From the IMG/VR virus record IMGVR_UViG_3300026187_000055, positions 1-32,761 of that record: a DNA stretch of 32,761 nucleotides, one strand, 5' to 3'. Source of the DNA: a virus (Duplodnaviria; Caudoviricetes). The translations under genes were made by a program, and so were the position numbers. Positions 14,094-24,651 of the stretch are shown piece after piece; positions within the stretch are counted from its first letter, which is position 1, and each line of letters starts with the position of its first letter. The notes beneath the pieces were generated by a model. The model worked only from the letters and a program-made list of their open reading frames with translations. It ran no database searches and was not told where the DNA came from.

Positions 14094-16598
14094 TTAATCT
14101 TGTTCCTGCTGCTCATCCCCATAAGTAGCAAGTGTTTGAGCCGCCCAAGCCCGTAAAGCTCTTTGAGATTTTTTCGACATAGGGCCGTCAGAAGGTCTTT
14201 CTAGCAGAGACTTAAACAAATCTTCATTAAATATAGCGTCCTCTAGCAGCCTTCTTTCTGCTCCAACTATTCCCCCTCTAGCCATATTCTCAAATATGTC
14301 TGCGACTAATTGGGGGGCCTGTAGAGTTCCAGTTCCAAGACCCCTACCTATAGAAGCTCCAGAAATTCTCAAAGCAGCCTTTTGCAGTAAGTTCATCTCT
14401 TGTTCTGCAAATAGCTCAACTGGCGTTCTAGATGCCAACTGCCTAGACAGAGCATCTACAGTTCTGGAGGCTCTTTCTAGTCTTGCTCTTTCTTCTCTGG
14501 AAAAAAGAGTCATTATTGCCTGCTTTGTTCTCTTATCGTCAACTAAAGCCCTAAACTTTGCCCCATCAACAATGTCTCTTTTAGTGCCGTTTGGAAGCGG
14601 TATGCTTGATGTAGATTTGTTTAGCAAGAAGTCTGCAAAAGAGGTTTTAAGGCCCGAAAGGGCTTCTCCAGTTGTATCCCTTTGCGCCATTGTCATCAGG
14701 CTTCTCATGTCCCTAGCAGTTGTCCTAGAAGACAAAACTTTGTTAAACGCATCTTCTGCGCCTTGCTCAATATATACTATTGCCTTGTTTTCGCTTGGGC
14801 TTAAAAATGGCCTTCCCTCTCTTCTTGAGCGAAGCAAGGACTCAGTATTGCTTGTTCTGATTGCATTTTGTATTTCTGACCTAAACGCTGGCATTCTATT
14901 CATCAAGTCTTGATTTGAGATAAGAAAATTTTGAGCGTCCCTAGGATTAAACTCTTGGCCTCTGAAAAAAGTAAATCTCAAGAACTCTTCCATAGCTTGT
15001 TGAACTTCTGGTTTTCCAGATACGGCCTGAAGTATACGGTCATAAGCAACAGTGTTTTTCTGTTTTCCAGCACCCAAAGTAGCAGTAAGAGTCTTTGATG
15101 GGTCTATTGATTCAGCACCAGTTCTATCCCTCCTAAGAATCCTAGCAACATCTCCTTGGTTAAATCTTTGGTTTAACTCTCTAGAAAACGCAACAGCGGT
15201 AGCTACTGTATTTTCTTCAGCAGAATCAACATATATGTTCGCAATATCTTCTGTTATTGAATCTGCTATTTCTTCTGCCAGCCTAGCTCTTTGAAAGTTA
15301 GGGTTATCTCCAGCCCTAGCAGCCCTAGCCTCAGCCCTTAATTCGCTCTGTATTCCTCTAATTTCAAATATAGAAGTTTGGTCTCCAATATAGGCAGAAC
15401 TTTCAGGGTCTAAAAATCTAGCAGCATTAGGCATATTTTCCTTTTGGGCAGTTGCCAAACTTGCGTCAGCTTGATTTCTGGCTGTTTTAGATATGTTTAC
15501 ATTAACAAAATCTTCTTGGTCAATTGCTTTATAAAGCTCGTCCTCAAACTCTCTTGCTTGCTTTAATGCTAAAGAAAGCTCATCACGAACAACTGGCTCA
15601 ATTGCCTCTCTTACGTCTTGTGGCTGAACTCTAGATATTGCTGTGTTAGCGCGACTCGTTGCTATCTGCATTCTTGCGTCTATAAGGTCTCCAAACAATT
15701 GGACTTGGTTTTCAAACAAGTTGCTAATATCTTGCTCTGATGCCCCGCCAAATGTTAAGTCGTTTCTGATTGCGGCATTTGTTTGTTCAATTGAATTAGC
15801 AAGCCTTTCTGATAAATTTCCCTCTTCAGCACCTTTTATTATTGCTTTTTCAAAAGCACTATACACAGGAGATTCGGTTCTGGTAAATGTGCTTATTTCT
15901 GCGCCAGGAGACAACTCTCCAGCTTCCTGCAAAGCCCTTAACGCTCCTTGTCTATCACCAGCAGCTAAAATATCTGATGCTCTTTGTCTTGCAGCAGATG
16001 GAGCCATTCTTTCTTTTAAAGAGCTAAAAATTTTAAAAGTAGGGGCAAGTTTTAAAGCCTGTGGAACGTATCCAACAGCCAAGCCGCCGCCAAGCTCTCC
16101 AATGAGCCTTGCTCCAGGTAAATCTGGAAAAGCTTTTTCTAAACGAAAACCACTTGCTCCTCCAAACCCGCCAGCAAAACTTTCCCCAGCAATTGTTGTT
16201 CCTGGCCTAGACCTAAAAACCCTACCGTAGTTGCTTATTGCGTTTTGCAAGCCAGTGACTATTCGTCCTGCTCCACTTGCCGCTCTTGCTTGCGGGACTG
16301 CCTGGGACAAAAGACCAATACCAACAGCAAAAGGGACTGTGTTAACAAAACCAGTGCCAAACGCCGTCCCAGTGGTCTCAATTGGCGTTTCTGCGCTAAT
16401 TTCAGCCGTTGAAGCAAGGTACTTTAATCTTTCTCCCGGAGAGAGTTGGTCTAATTGCATTTGTCTTCTGGCTTCTACGTCGCCAGAAACCATGCTTGCA
16501 ACACCTCTGCTTATAGTTGAAAGAGCATCAGGCAAAAAGCCAGTAGAAGGCGCATCAGATTGAGAAGCTAATTCTTTTAACTCTTTTCCACTAGCCAT
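14094..16598 (-). CDS. Large internal virion / DNA ejection protein (putative)
   Basis: 834 aa, Ala/Arg-rich and helical with Gly-rich hydrophobic segments. Last gene of the podoviral late operon. Confidence 0.65.
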   Translation of the reverse strand: MASGKELKELASQSDAPSTGFLPDALSTISRGVASMVSGDVEARRQMQLDQLSPGERLKYLASTAEISAETPIETTGTAFGTGFVNTVPFAVGIGLLSQAVPQARAASGAGRIVTGLQNAISNYGRVFRSRPGTTIAGESFAGGFGGASGFRLEKAFPDLPGARLIGELGGGLAVGYVPQALKLAPTFKIFSSLKERMAPSAARQRASDILAAGDRQGALRALQEAGELSPGAEISTFTRTESPVYSAFEKAIIKGAEEGNLSERLANSIEQTNAAIRNDLTFGGASEQDISNLFENQVQLFGDLIDARMQIATSRANTAISRVQPQDVREAIEPVVRDELSLALKQAREFEDELYKAIDQEDFVNVNISKTARNQADASLATAQKENMPNAARFLDPESSAYIGDQTSIFEIRGIQSELRAEARAARAGDNPNFQRARLAEEIADSITEDIANIYVDSAEENTVATAVAFSRELNQRFNQGDVARILRRDRTGAESIDPSKTLTATLGAGKQKNTVAYDRILQAVSGKPEVQQAMEEFLRFTFFRGQEFNPRDAQNFLISNQDLMNRMPAFRSEIQNAIRTSNTESLLRSRREGRPFLSPSENKAIVYIEQGAEDAFNKVLSSRTTARDMRSLMTMAQRDTTGEALSGLKTSFADFLLNKSTSSIPLPNGTKRDIVDGAKFRALVDDKRTKQAIMTLFSREERARLERASRTVDALSRQLASRTPVELFAEQEMNLLQKAALRISGASIGRGLGTGTLQAPQLVADIFENMARGGIVGAERRLLEDAIFNEDLFKSLLERPSDGPMSKKSQRALRAWAAQTLATYGDEQQEQD

Positions 16599-18019
16599 TA
16601 GTTACCACCTAATTTTTGTTCCATTGCTTGTCGTATTGAGGGGTCAAGATTGTCTAATTCTTCTTCAGTATATTGATTTATAAAACTAAGAACTCTTGAT
16701 TTAGACAGATTATTAACAGCATCTAAACTTAATGTACTTGCATCTGGAATCCTTGGAAGAAGTTTTTTTCTAAACTCTGTCATTGAATTAAGAAATATTC
16801 TTTCTTTAGCCTTTTCTTCTTCTGAAAACTCAGGGTTGTCTAAAAATTCTTGTGAATTTTTCTGCTCTTCTTCAATATAGCTGTCAATAGCAGTAATTCG
16901 CGCCAAGGCGGTTCCTCTTCCAGCCAAAAAAGAAGGTCTAATACGTATTCTTTCCCTAATTCTTTCTTGTTCACCGAAAGGAAATCTTGGGCTAAGAGAA
17001 AAGCTCCTAACTATGTCGCTTTCGAGAAGTTTTAAATATTGCTGATTCTCAGTTCTTTCCGCATCTAACATATCTTCGCTATATGTTGCGTCTCCTATCC
17101 TACCTATAACCTCCGAAATTATTGCAAATGGCCCAGTAGTATTTTGCAATCTTTCTAAAATAGAAATGCCTTCTTCTTCTGGGCTAAGTGGCTCGCCAGC
17201 ACCATCTTCTGAAACGTTTTCAGGTCTTGTAAGGGTAGAGGAAACATTTATCCTATCAACCCTACCCTCTACGTCATCAATCAAAAACGCTAAAGAAGGA
17301 TTATCTGGATTAAGCTCAATGCGAATATCTCCATTAGCAACTTTTGTTGCCTTATCTATAGCTTCTTGCTCAGGCATACCGTTAGCAATCAAAATTCTTT
17401 TGTATTCATTTATTTTTGTTTGAGTAGCCCCTTCTGCACTTGGAGAAATAAACTTTTCTGCAAAAGAAACTGCGCCATTTGGGTCTCCTGCATATAAAAC
17501 AGGCATTAGTCTGGCTAGTTGAGGGTCTGCCTGACGGACAATACTTGAAGCAGCAGATAGTCTTGAAGCATTTGAGGCTGTGGCGTTTCTTGCGGCTTGT
17601 AAAGTAAGCTCTTTGGCCTCTAAGTCAATATCTTCAACTTTTCTCTTTCTTTCTTCTTCATCAGCGGCCTGCAAGAGCGTCATAGCTTGAGCAGGAGCTA
17701 TTTGACGTATATCTCTTGCTAAATTTCTGAGTCCTTGCGGGTCAGAAGTATTAGCCTGTTTTAGAATATCTTGCAGCTTCTCAGACTCAGTTCTAACATC
17801 AAGGCCCAACATTCCACCAACACCCCTGCGGAGTGCTTCTTGTCTCTGGGGCATCTGCATAGATAGGGCAGATACTAGAGGTGCTTGAGTCCTAGCTAGT
17901 CCCGTAAGACCACCAGTTAACTCCCGTCCCTTGAGTATCCCCTCTGTCAGCATACGCTGTTGACGTTGAGCAGGAGTCTCAATAATGTCGCTAAATAAAG
18001 ATTGTATGTCGATAGCCAT
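16598..18019 (-). CDS. Internal virion / ejection protein (putative)
   Basis: 473 aa, helical and Q/E/A-rich. Middle gene of the ejection trio by position. Confidence 0.6.
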   Translation of the reverse strand: MAIDIQSLFSDIIETPAQRQQRMLTEGILKGRELTGGLTGLARTQAPLVSALSMQMPQRQEALRRGVGGMLGLDVRTESEKLQDILKQANTSDPQGLRNLARDIRQIAPAQAMTLLQAADEEERKRKVEDIDLEAKELTLQAARNATASNASRLSAASSIVRQADPQLARLMPVLYAGDPNGAVSFAEKFISPSAEGATQTKINEYKRILIANGMPEQEAIDKATKVANGDIRIELNPDNPSLAFLIDDVEGRVDRINVSSTLTRPENVSEDGAGEPLSPEEEGISILERLQNTTGPFAIISEVIGRIGDATYSEDMLDAERTENQQYLKLLESDIVRSFSLSPRFPFGEQERIRERIRIRPSFLAGRGTALARITAIDSYIEEEQKNSQEFLDNPEFSEEEKAKERIFLNSMTEFRKKLLPRIPDASTLSLDAVNNLSKSRVLSFINQYTEEELDNLDPSIRQAMEQKLGGN

Positions 18020-18021
18020 TA

Positions 18022-19176
18022 CTAATTCCCGTAATTCAATATATCTTCTAACGAGTAGCCCATTTCTGTTGCGGAGTTAATCAAGTTAGTAAATAAATTT
18101 CCGCTTTGACCAGAGCTAGTTGTAGTAGTTCCAGAAGATTGGCCTCGCCTTTCAGCGCTTAACAAGTCAAACAAACCTTGGTACTGCTGCTGTCTCAGAG
18201 CGTTTTTAAGCCCTTCAAACCCTAACTGGGATTCTATTGCAGATTCTGCCAAACCAGCCCCTAAACCTAGCCCAGTGGCCTGTAAAGAGGATGCTAGACG
18301 TGAAGCCTCCAATTGAGGTGTAAGCGTTCTCAAGAGTTCCTGTTGTGGTAGGTAAGCACCAGCAATAGCACCAAGACCAAGCTCACCAAAGAGTCCTGCG
18401 CGTTGTCTAAATTCACCCAAACCTGCAAGGGTTTGTTCGGAACCTAATGCTTGCTCCAATCTGGCTTGTTCTATAGCTGAAATAGCGTTAACTGCTCTTT
18501 GCTCTTCAATAGCTTTTTGTGCTGCAAGCTGTTCAGGTGTTCCTCCATAAGCAGCGGTTCTTACGCCGCCCCTTCCTTGGGCAAATAACCTTTCTTCAAG
18601 CTCTAGCTGCTCTCTTTCCCTAGCAGGCCGCTGCATCCCTTCAAGCCTGTTGTAAAGCTCCTGCTCTCTTGCTGCTCTTTGTGATGGGTCTTGAGTTAAC
18701 ATCCCAATTACTGAGGCTTGTTCTGCTGCCCTTTGAGCGGGGTCACCCAAAAAGTCAAAAGCACCCTGACCAAATCCAGTCAAAGACCTTTGCAATGCAG
18801 CTTCTTCAGGGCTTAGAGCTAACTCAGTACCCGTTTGAGAGATAGTAGCCGCCGCAGGCTGACCAAATACATTCGTACCCGTAACAGTAAATGGTTTGAA
18901 TTGAGACTGTCTTCCTACCTCACCCAATAAGCCGCCTTCATAAGTGGGTAAATCGGTAGCACCACCAAAGAATATGTTAGCTTCTTGACGGGCTTGGCCT
19001 ATATCTTTAATTGCTTTATCAGTCAGCATACCCTGACCCAATGCGCTTATAAGACCTGCGCCAGCACTACCAAAAAAACCACCACCACCTTGATTAAGGC
19101 CAAATAAATTTGCTGCTCCAGCACCAAGGTCTTTGAAATCAACAACGCCATCTTTGTTTACGTCAAAAATTGACAT
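18022..19176 (-). CDS. Internal virion / pilot protein (putative)
   Basis: 384 aa, G/A/Q-rich, with a Gly-rich amphipathic N-terminus. Confidence 0.6.
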   Translation of the reverse strand: MSIFDVNKDGVVDFKDLGAGAANLFGLNQGGGGFFGSAGAGLISALGQGMLTDKAIKDIGQARQEANIFFGGATDLPTYEGGLLGEVGRQSQFKPFTVTGTNVFGQPAAATISQTGTELALSPEEAALQRSLTGFGQGAFDFLGDPAQRAAEQASVIGMLTQDPSQRAAREQELYNRLEGMQRPAREREQLELEERLFAQGRGGVRTAAYGGTPEQLAAQKAIEEQRAVNAISAIEQARLEQALGSEQTLAGLGEFRQRAGLFGELGLGAIAGAYLPQQELLRTLTPQLEASRLASSLQATGLGLGAGLAESAIESQLGFEGLKNALRQQQYQGLFDLLSAERRGQSSGTTTTSSGQSGNLFTNLINSATEMGYSLEDILNYGN

Positions 19177-19406
19177 TAGTAAGTCCCTCCATCAATAGTG
19201 CCAGTGAATGTTCCTGACACTGTGAGGTTTGCGGCAGTTGTAGTCCCCGTAAATGTCGGGGCAGCTAAATTAGCCTTAGTAGATACCGCAGTTGCTATGT
19301 TATCAAATTCGGTGTTCACTTCAGTTCCCTTCACCACCTTAGCAGGATTTCCTGACACCAGAGAATCCTTGGCGGCAAAGTTCGTTGTCTTTGTATAGTC
19401 AGTCAT
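19176..19406 (-). CDS. Small virion structural protein (tail needle/fibre-like)
   Basis: MTDYTKTTNF...EFDNIATAVSTKA...PTFTGT...IDGGTY. Directly follows the tail tube gene. Confidence 0.65.
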   Translation of the reverse strand: MTDYTKTTNFAAKDSLVSGNPAKVVKGTEVNTEFDNIATAVSTKANLAAPTFTGTTTAANLTVSGTFTGTIDGGTY

Positions 19407-20935
19407 TAGACAATCCTTCCAAGTAGTGCATGAATGTTTAGTTGTTGAATAGCAATAGACTTACCGTTCACAGTTGTTTCTACTCCTACGGATACAACAG
19501 CACCAGAACCAGAAGTATTTATCTTCTGCCTGTTAATTAGATTTAACGAGCTGGAATACTCAGCTTCAGTGTTGTATTCAGAAATGTTGTATTGTGCAGC
19601 GTTGTTAGCAGGTAGTGTATAAACCTGCTTCTTATAAGCATTTGAGTAATCGTAGGCCCAGTTCAATACTACTGGGGCTTCGGCGCCGTCAAAGGTAGTT
19701 AGGTTAACTTTCTTTAAAAATTTAAGAACCGAACTATCCCCAAACGCTAAGGGATGCGAGAAGTAACTTAACTGATAGAAGCCTGTCCCGTCTGTATAAC
19801 TGTCATACTCAGCGATGCCAGTTGCGTTCCCAATGTAAATAGTGTCATCCACCAAATTAGTGAAGCGTAGTGGTGCCATGCTAGACCAAGTGGTTGCTCT
19901 GTATGAACCATCTTGGAGAGGAAATCTTGTATCAAAGACATACACCGTCTGAAGGACGGGAAAGTTAACCAAGACAAAGGCTTCTTTAGGAGAGTAATGT
20001 AGAGAGATGTTACCTGTTTCACTAGCTACCAGATTCTTAATGTCATTATTGACGTTCTTAGATATATCCCCAATAGGTGAGGACTTTTCCTGAATTGTTC
20101 TTGCCAGACTTCTTACGCCTGAACGGTCTAAAAAGATTAAATCCTTACCAGTAGATACAACTGCGTCCCTAGATACACATCCTATATTAGATATAGTGTC
20201 TGAAAGAGTCATAGAAGCAGGACTATCAGCACCTTCATAGATAACTATTGAGTCCTTACCAAAGATAATTAAGAACCCGTTATGAGCAGCTAAAGCTACA
20301 ATCTCATCGTAACCATTAGGCCATACCTTAGATATGTCTATAGAGCCTGTAGACCCACCACTCCAAGCATTACCGTTTAAAAGGTCACTCCAGTAAATAG
20401 TGGACTTATCTGTTGCAAAGTCAGCAACAAACAACCTACCAAATGCAGCTAATACTTCATTAGCTTGAGGTGGAGTTCCCGTAGCATGAGCATGAGCAGA
20501 CATCTTCTCAACATCAGCAACAGAATTAACATATAACAATGGCTCATGCGCTCTTTGAAAGAAGTAAGAATGGTCTACAAAGTTAACTATTTTCCAATTG
20601 TTAGCACTGATTGTATAACTGGCTGGAGTATCGTCAGTTAAAGTAGAAGTCCCGTGGAATATTTTGTTATTACCTGCGGAGAATATCTTGGTGTTACCAC
20701 CTGAATCCCTAAACTGGTGTATGGCTTCTATGCCATCAGAACTCCCCAATACAGCAGGGCCATTAGTAGACACCATGTCATAACCTTTACGCGCAGCAAC
20801 CCGCCCCTCCTTGTCAATAATGCAGTTATCTGCAACCGATGCAAAGGTAGGGTCTTGAGCTAACGGGGCATCTTGGGTGTTAATCCCTGCAAAGCCTGGA
20901 GCCGTAATAGTTATGCTTTGTAGTTTCTGGGCCAT
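19406..20935 (-). CDS. Tail tubular protein B / P22 gp10-like nozzle
   Basis: 509 aa, beta-rich (GRLFVA, IYWSDL, IGCVSRDAV). Follows the adaptor gene. Confidence 0.8.
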   Translation of the reverse strand: MAQKLQSITITAPGFAGINTQDAPLAQDPTFASVADNCIIDKEGRVAARKGYDMVSTNGPAVLGSSDGIEAIHQFRDSGGNTKIFSAGNNKIFHGTSTLTDDTPASYTISANNWKIVNFVDHSYFFQRAHEPLLYVNSVADVEKMSAHAHATGTPPQANEVLAAFGRLFVADFATDKSTIYWSDLLNGNAWSGGSTGSIDISKVWPNGYDEIVALAAHNGFLIIFGKDSIVIYEGADSPASMTLSDTISNIGCVSRDAVVSTGKDLIFLDRSGVRSLARTIQEKSSPIGDISKNVNNDIKNLVASETGNISLHYSPKEAFVLVNFPVLQTVYVFDTRFPLQDGSYRATTWSSMAPLRFTNLVDDTIYIGNATGIAEYDSYTDGTGFYQLSYFSHPLAFGDSSVLKFLKKVNLTTFDGAEAPVVLNWAYDYSNAYKKQVYTLPANNAAQYNISEYNTEAEYSSSLNLINRQKINTSGSGAVVSVGVETTVNGKSIAIQQLNIHALLGRIV

Positions 20936-21582
20936 TATCGTACCTGAAAGGTTAACTCAGAAGGGTATCTGTTAGCGTCAAATGCAATAGCGTCAGATAA
21001 AGAAGTAGAGGCTACAGCAAATTGTTCTGCTGCACTCTGACCGCCAGTCTCACCCCTTTCCCTCAAAGCCATAGCGTAGGCTAGTTGTATAACAGGGTTA
21101 TTAGGTGCTAACAAGCTATCCGAATCAGCAGTCAAATCAGTCTGTGGTTTAACAACATCAAACCTCAGAGCGTATGCTGCATCAGGCTTTGGATAAACTT
21201 GGACTTCTAAATCTTTATTAGTATCTGTACCCACAAATGTAAAATAATCAGGAGAGCCTGATTGTGGTGTAGTGTTGTAGGTTACATTGTTAAAGTATTC
21301 TTTACTTCTAAGGTGCATAAATCTTTTAGACGTAGTGTTCATTACGTCCTTTATAACAGCCAAATCACCACTACCAGTAAGTGAGTAAGTATCTGTACCA
21401 CTTACAGTGTTAACAGTTATGGAGTCTCTTAATGCAGTCCAGTCAAAAGAGTTTTCTACAATCTTCTTAGCGTCATTAACCAAGTCACCTATAAGATGAG
21501 AGTAGTCAGTAGCATTAGCTGTATCTACTGTATCCTCTCGTAATCTGCGGAGGACGTTATTAATTAAATCTAAGTATGTCAT
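20935..21582 (-). CDS. Tail tubular protein A / head-tail adaptor
   Basis: [16 protein letters not shown]...VNDAK...W..L, VYPKPD motifs and gene position. Confidence 0.8.
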   Translation of the reverse strand: MTYLDLINNVLRRLREDTVDTANATDYSHLIGDLVNDAKKIVENSFDWTALRDSITVNTVSGTDTYSLTGSGDLAVIKDVMNTTSKRFMHLRSKEYFNNVTYNTTPQSGSPDYFTFVGTDTNKDLEVQVYPKPDAAYALRFDVVKPQTDLTADSDSLLAPNNPVIQLAYAMALRERGETGGQSAAEQFAVASTSLSDAIAFDANRYPSELTFQVR

Positions 21583-23261
21583 TAAAATCGCCTTCCTATA
21601 GATTGAAGCATTCCTAAAGCCTGAGCTACATTATCTAATTCAGTAAATTTTGGCTCAAATAATTCTCTTGAAAACATTTGTTCGGTGATTGGTGCTTGTT
21701 GGGCTAAACCAATAATCAATCCGTTTCTTCCAATCCCAGTCCCAGTACCAGTTCCCGTCCCCGTTCCCGTCCCAGTCCCAGTACCAGTTCCCGTTCCCGT
21801 TCCCGTGCCTGTTCCTGTACCAGTTCCCGTTCCAGTACCAGTGCCAGTAGTAGTGGGTGTACTTGTGCTAGTAGTGGTAGGTGTGCTTGTGGTTATAGTT
21901 GTAGGTGTCCCAGTACCAGTACCTGTACCTGTCCCAGTACCTGTCCCAGTACCTGTTCCTGTGCCTGTCCCTGTACCTGTACCTGTACCCGTTCCTGTGC
22001 CTGTCCCTGTGCCTGTACCTGTTCCCGTTCCTGTGCCTGTTCCAGTGCCTGTACCTGTACCCGTTCCTGTTCCAGTGCCTGTACCTGTTCCTGTTCCTGT
22101 AGGTGTAGTAGTTCCTGTTCCTGTAGGTGTAGTAGTTCCTGTTCCTGTGCCTGTACCCGTACCATTTACATCAGTGCCGCCATGCTCTAATACTGCGCCA
22201 TCTGGCAAAAATATAATGCTTACGGTATCGCCTTCATTAAAAGTCTTGTTTTCAGTTCCAGCTACATCATCTACTTCTACTCTTTCTCCCCCAGGCAATC
22301 TGTTTCCATTTACATCATAAGGCGCATAAACAAACCCACCATCTTCGTATATCCATGAGTATGAAGCAGCAGTCTCGCTACCTGTTGTTGTTGTGCTTGT
22401 AGATGTTGTACTTGTAGGGTCAGTAGCCGTGCTTGTGGTTGCCGTGCTTGTGGTTGCCGTGCTAGTAGTTGCTGTGCTAGTAGAGTTAGTCGCTGTAGAA
22501 TCGGTAGATGTTGAAGAATCTGCGCTAGCTTGAGCAGAAGTAGCAGCGTCTGTAATAGTTATCCTATCCATTAACCTACCGCCCATGTCCATACCTGTAT
22601 CTGGGTCTAAACTAGCAGTATCGTGGAATATTCCAGCATTAGTAAGTATTTGAGATATTTCTTCATTAGAAGTAGCAGCGTTAGTTTTTGCCATTAAATC
22701 TGCAAATTCGGCTTGAGTTAAACCAACTTTGTTTTGTTCGGCAATATTTACATAGTCAAAGAAAACATCAGATTGACCAGTTACATCACTGTCTAATAGT
22801 TCGTTTTGAATTAACTTGTTTTTAGAAAAAACATCTTCTTCAAGCAATGGTTGACCAGTAACATCATAGCCAGCAGCCATTAGAGCTGCATCCACAGCGT
22901 CTCTAGGTATTTTCAACATCTGTGCAACAACATCTGAGCTAAAACCAGACTCTCTTAAAAACTCTGCTGTTACGTCTGCTTGTTGCTCTGGGGGTACAAG
23001 TTCTTGTATCTGAGACAAGACCATATAGGCGTTATCAGCTAAAGATTCGGCAGTCTCAAAGCGGCCTTCCATTTCTTCTTGTATTGTTTTGTCTCTAAGT
23101 ACGGGAAAAGCGCCGCCTAATAAAACTTGGTCAGCATAGGTCATTCCTCCAGAAGATGGAGTGTCTAATGACTGATTAACTGGAGTGCTAAAAAGGTCTG
23201 TAAAAAGAGAGCCGCCCATAGCAGCCTGCTGTTCAAGTGCAGCGAGTGAAATATCAGACAT
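21582..23261 (-). CDS. Acidic protein with long Thr-rich and (Gly-Thr)n tracts
   Basis: 559-aa open frame, TAATG-coupled on both sides within the virion operon. Confidence 0.75.
   Translation of the reverse strand: MSDISLAALEQQAAMGGSLFTDLFSTPVNQSLDTPSSGGMTYADQVLLGGAFPVLRDKTIQEEMEGRFETAESLADNAYMVLSQIQELVPPEQQADVTAEFLRESGFSSDVVAQMLKIPRDAVDAALMAAGYDVTGQPLLEEDVFSKNKLIQNELLDSDVTGQSDVFFDYVNIAEQNKVGLTQAEFADLMAKTNAATSNEEISQILTNAGIFHDTASLDPDTGMDMGGRLMDRITITDAATSAQASADSSTSTDSTATNSTSTATTSTATTSTATTSTATDPTSTTSTSTTTTGSETAASYSWIYEDGGFVYAPYDVNGNRLPGGERVEVDDVAGTENKTFNEGDTVSIIFLPDGAVLEHGGTDVNGTGTGTGTGTTTPTGTGTTTPTGTGTGTGTGTGTGTGTGTGTGTGTGTGTGTGTGTGTGTGTGTGTGTGTGTGTGTGTGTGTGTGTPTTITTSTPTTTSTSTPTTTGTGTGTGTGTGTGTGTGTGTGTGTGTGTGTGTGTGTGIGRNGLIIGLAQQAPITEQMFSRELFEPKFTELDNVAQALGMLQSIGRRF
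21735..22163 (-). repeat. Coding 6-nt tandem repeats (GGN ACN)n in two tracts
   Basis: Tracts at ~21735-21848 and ~21907-22163 with synonymous third-position variation. Confidence 0.9.
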
Positions 23262-23440
23262 TACTCTTCCTCAACCATGTTAGTCAGCATATAGTGGGCG
23301 TTGTATTGCAAAATCCCTACTAAATATACTGGGTCTAATCCTTGCTCTATCTTTTCTAAGCACCACTCATAAAGCTCTGCGTCTGCTTGTTCAGCAATAG
23401 AGTCCATCTTGTTAACAGGAAACTCTACGATAGTCATCAT
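23261..23440 (-). CDS. 59-aa acidic hypothetical protein
   Basis: [27 protein letters not shown]...VEEE. Overlaps both neighbours. Not in the ORF track. Confidence 0.65.
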   Translation of the reverse strand: MMTIVEFPVNKMDSIAEQADAELYEWCLEKIEQGLDPVYLVGILQYNAHYMLTNMVEEE

Positions 23441-23835
23441 TTTTCTCTTGAGACACCTTTAGTCTTTTCAAAGGTTCGCATTGCACCTAAACCTAACATA
23501 CCCATTAACACGGGCATCATCTCACTTAAAGCTATTAAAGGAACTACTACCCCAGTATCAAATAACTCTAAAGCCATATTTACAAATGGTATTACCAGGA
23601 AGTTTCCAGCCATTCCCAAAGCGCATATCCAGCCAATAGCAGGTCTCCAACCAGCAACAAACATACTATTGTGAGCTGCTTCAACTTTATTAACCTCAAT
23701 TTGAGCCATGACCTGCTCTTGAGCATGACGCTCAGCCATAGTAGCTATCTCGTGAGACAGCTTTTCTTTCAGGTCTTTGTCAGGTATTACCTTGTCTAAG
23801 ATAGCACTGACTGGGCCAATTAACGCGCTTATCAT
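23437..23835 (-). CDS. Holin, 3TM (GTA-holin-like) family
   Basis: LDKVIPD, FVAGWRPAIGWIC, LMGMLGLGAMRTFEK motifs. Confidence 0.85.
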   Translation of the reverse strand: MISALIGPVSAILDKVIPDKDLKEKLSHEIATMAERHAQEQVMAQIEVNKVEAAHNSMFVAGWRPAIGWICALGMAGNFLVIPFVNMALELFDTGVVVPLIALSEMMPVLMGMLGLGAMRTFEKTKGVSREK

Positions 23836-23957
23836 ACGAATATAACTGCACAGAATAAGATAACAACAAGACCTAAAGTACAGACAACCACTTTGCCTGC
23901 TTCTTCTTCAGTCATGTCCTGAACTTTCTCGCGTATCATTTTTCCAATTCGTCTCAT
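23832..23957 (-). CDS. 41-aa membrane peptide
   Basis: MRRIGKMIREKVQDMTEEEAGKVVVCTLGLVVILFCAVIFV. ATGA overlaps at both ends. Confidence 0.6.
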   Translation of the reverse strand: MRRIGKMIREKVQDMTEEEAGKVVVCTLGLVVILFCAVIFV

Positions 23958-24193
23958 AACATTCTTCCTATCACAGTCACAGTAGCTACGATTACTATCC
24001 AAAATATTCTTTCACCAAAGGCAACAGACGGCGACATCTTCTGTAACTTATCGTCCATCGTATTTATTCTATCTTCAATAGATGTTTGACGATTAAAGAT
24101 AGTGGTGATTCTTTCCTCTACACGGGCCAAGGAAACAACAGCCTCTTGAAGGTCATCTATCTTGCTTTCAATCCTGTCTATTCTATTTTCCAA
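23954..24193 (-). CDS. Coiled-coil protein with C-terminal TM helix (holin-like)
   Basis: Heptad pattern (LARVEERI) and a hydrophobic tail IFWIVIVATVTVI. Confidence 0.7.
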   Translation of the reverse strand: MENRIDRIESKIDDLQEAVVSLARVEERITTIFNRQTSIEDRINTMDDKLQKMSPSVAFGERIFWIVIVATVTVIGRML

Positions 24194-24650
24194 CTAGACT
24201 CACCGAATAGAAAACAAACACTAATCCTATAAAGCAACCAAACACTACTAATATATCTATCATGGCCGCTCTAGTTTGTGCTGCTTTCCTTGCCTCTGCT
24301 ATCCTTAAATTCCTTATCCTTATGCGTTCCCTTAACATATCGTGCCAAAGGTTCGCGTTACCCGTCCAATAGAATAAATCCTTCAATTCCTTTTCTAGCT
24401 GCTCTGCCTTCTGTTTCTGAAGCGTAGCCTCTAGTGCTTGGCTTTCTATTGAACTACTACCTAGCAACTTACCTATCTTACTTGTAGTCTTTGCTTTTTG
24501 TTCTAAGACGCTGACTTCTTCTCTAGCATCCCAGAACTTACTAATTGCTCTTGTTAAGTCTTGTACTTCTTTCCCTTTATGGACGGCTTTCTTAATAAAG
24601 TTAAATGCCTGGTTAGCGGCTGCAACCGCTGCTACTATTTCTGCTGGCAT
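24183..24650 (-). CDS. Coiled-coil protein with C-terminal TM helix
   Basis: 155 aa, hydrophobic C-terminus, within the membrane-protein cluster. Confidence 0.7.
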   Translation of the reverse strand: MPAEIVAAVAAANQAFNFIKKAVHKGKEVQDLTRAISKFWDAREEVSVLEQKAKTTSKIGKLLGSSSIESQALEATLQKQKAEQLEKELKDLFYWTGNANLWHDMLRERIRIRNLRIAEARKAAQTRAAMIDILVVFGCFIGLVFVFYSVSLVGK

Positions 24651-24651
24651 T

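Noticed and set aside
14296-17423. Long plus-strand ORFs (14296, 15052, 15643, 16231, 17166)
   Set aside because: Antisense shadows of the ejection-protein genes, with no recognisable motifs.
21685-22320. Plus-strand (Pro-Val)n ORF and the other alternative-frame ORFs over the repeat
   Set aside because: Shadow frames of the (Gly-Thr)n codons, which lack stops by construction.
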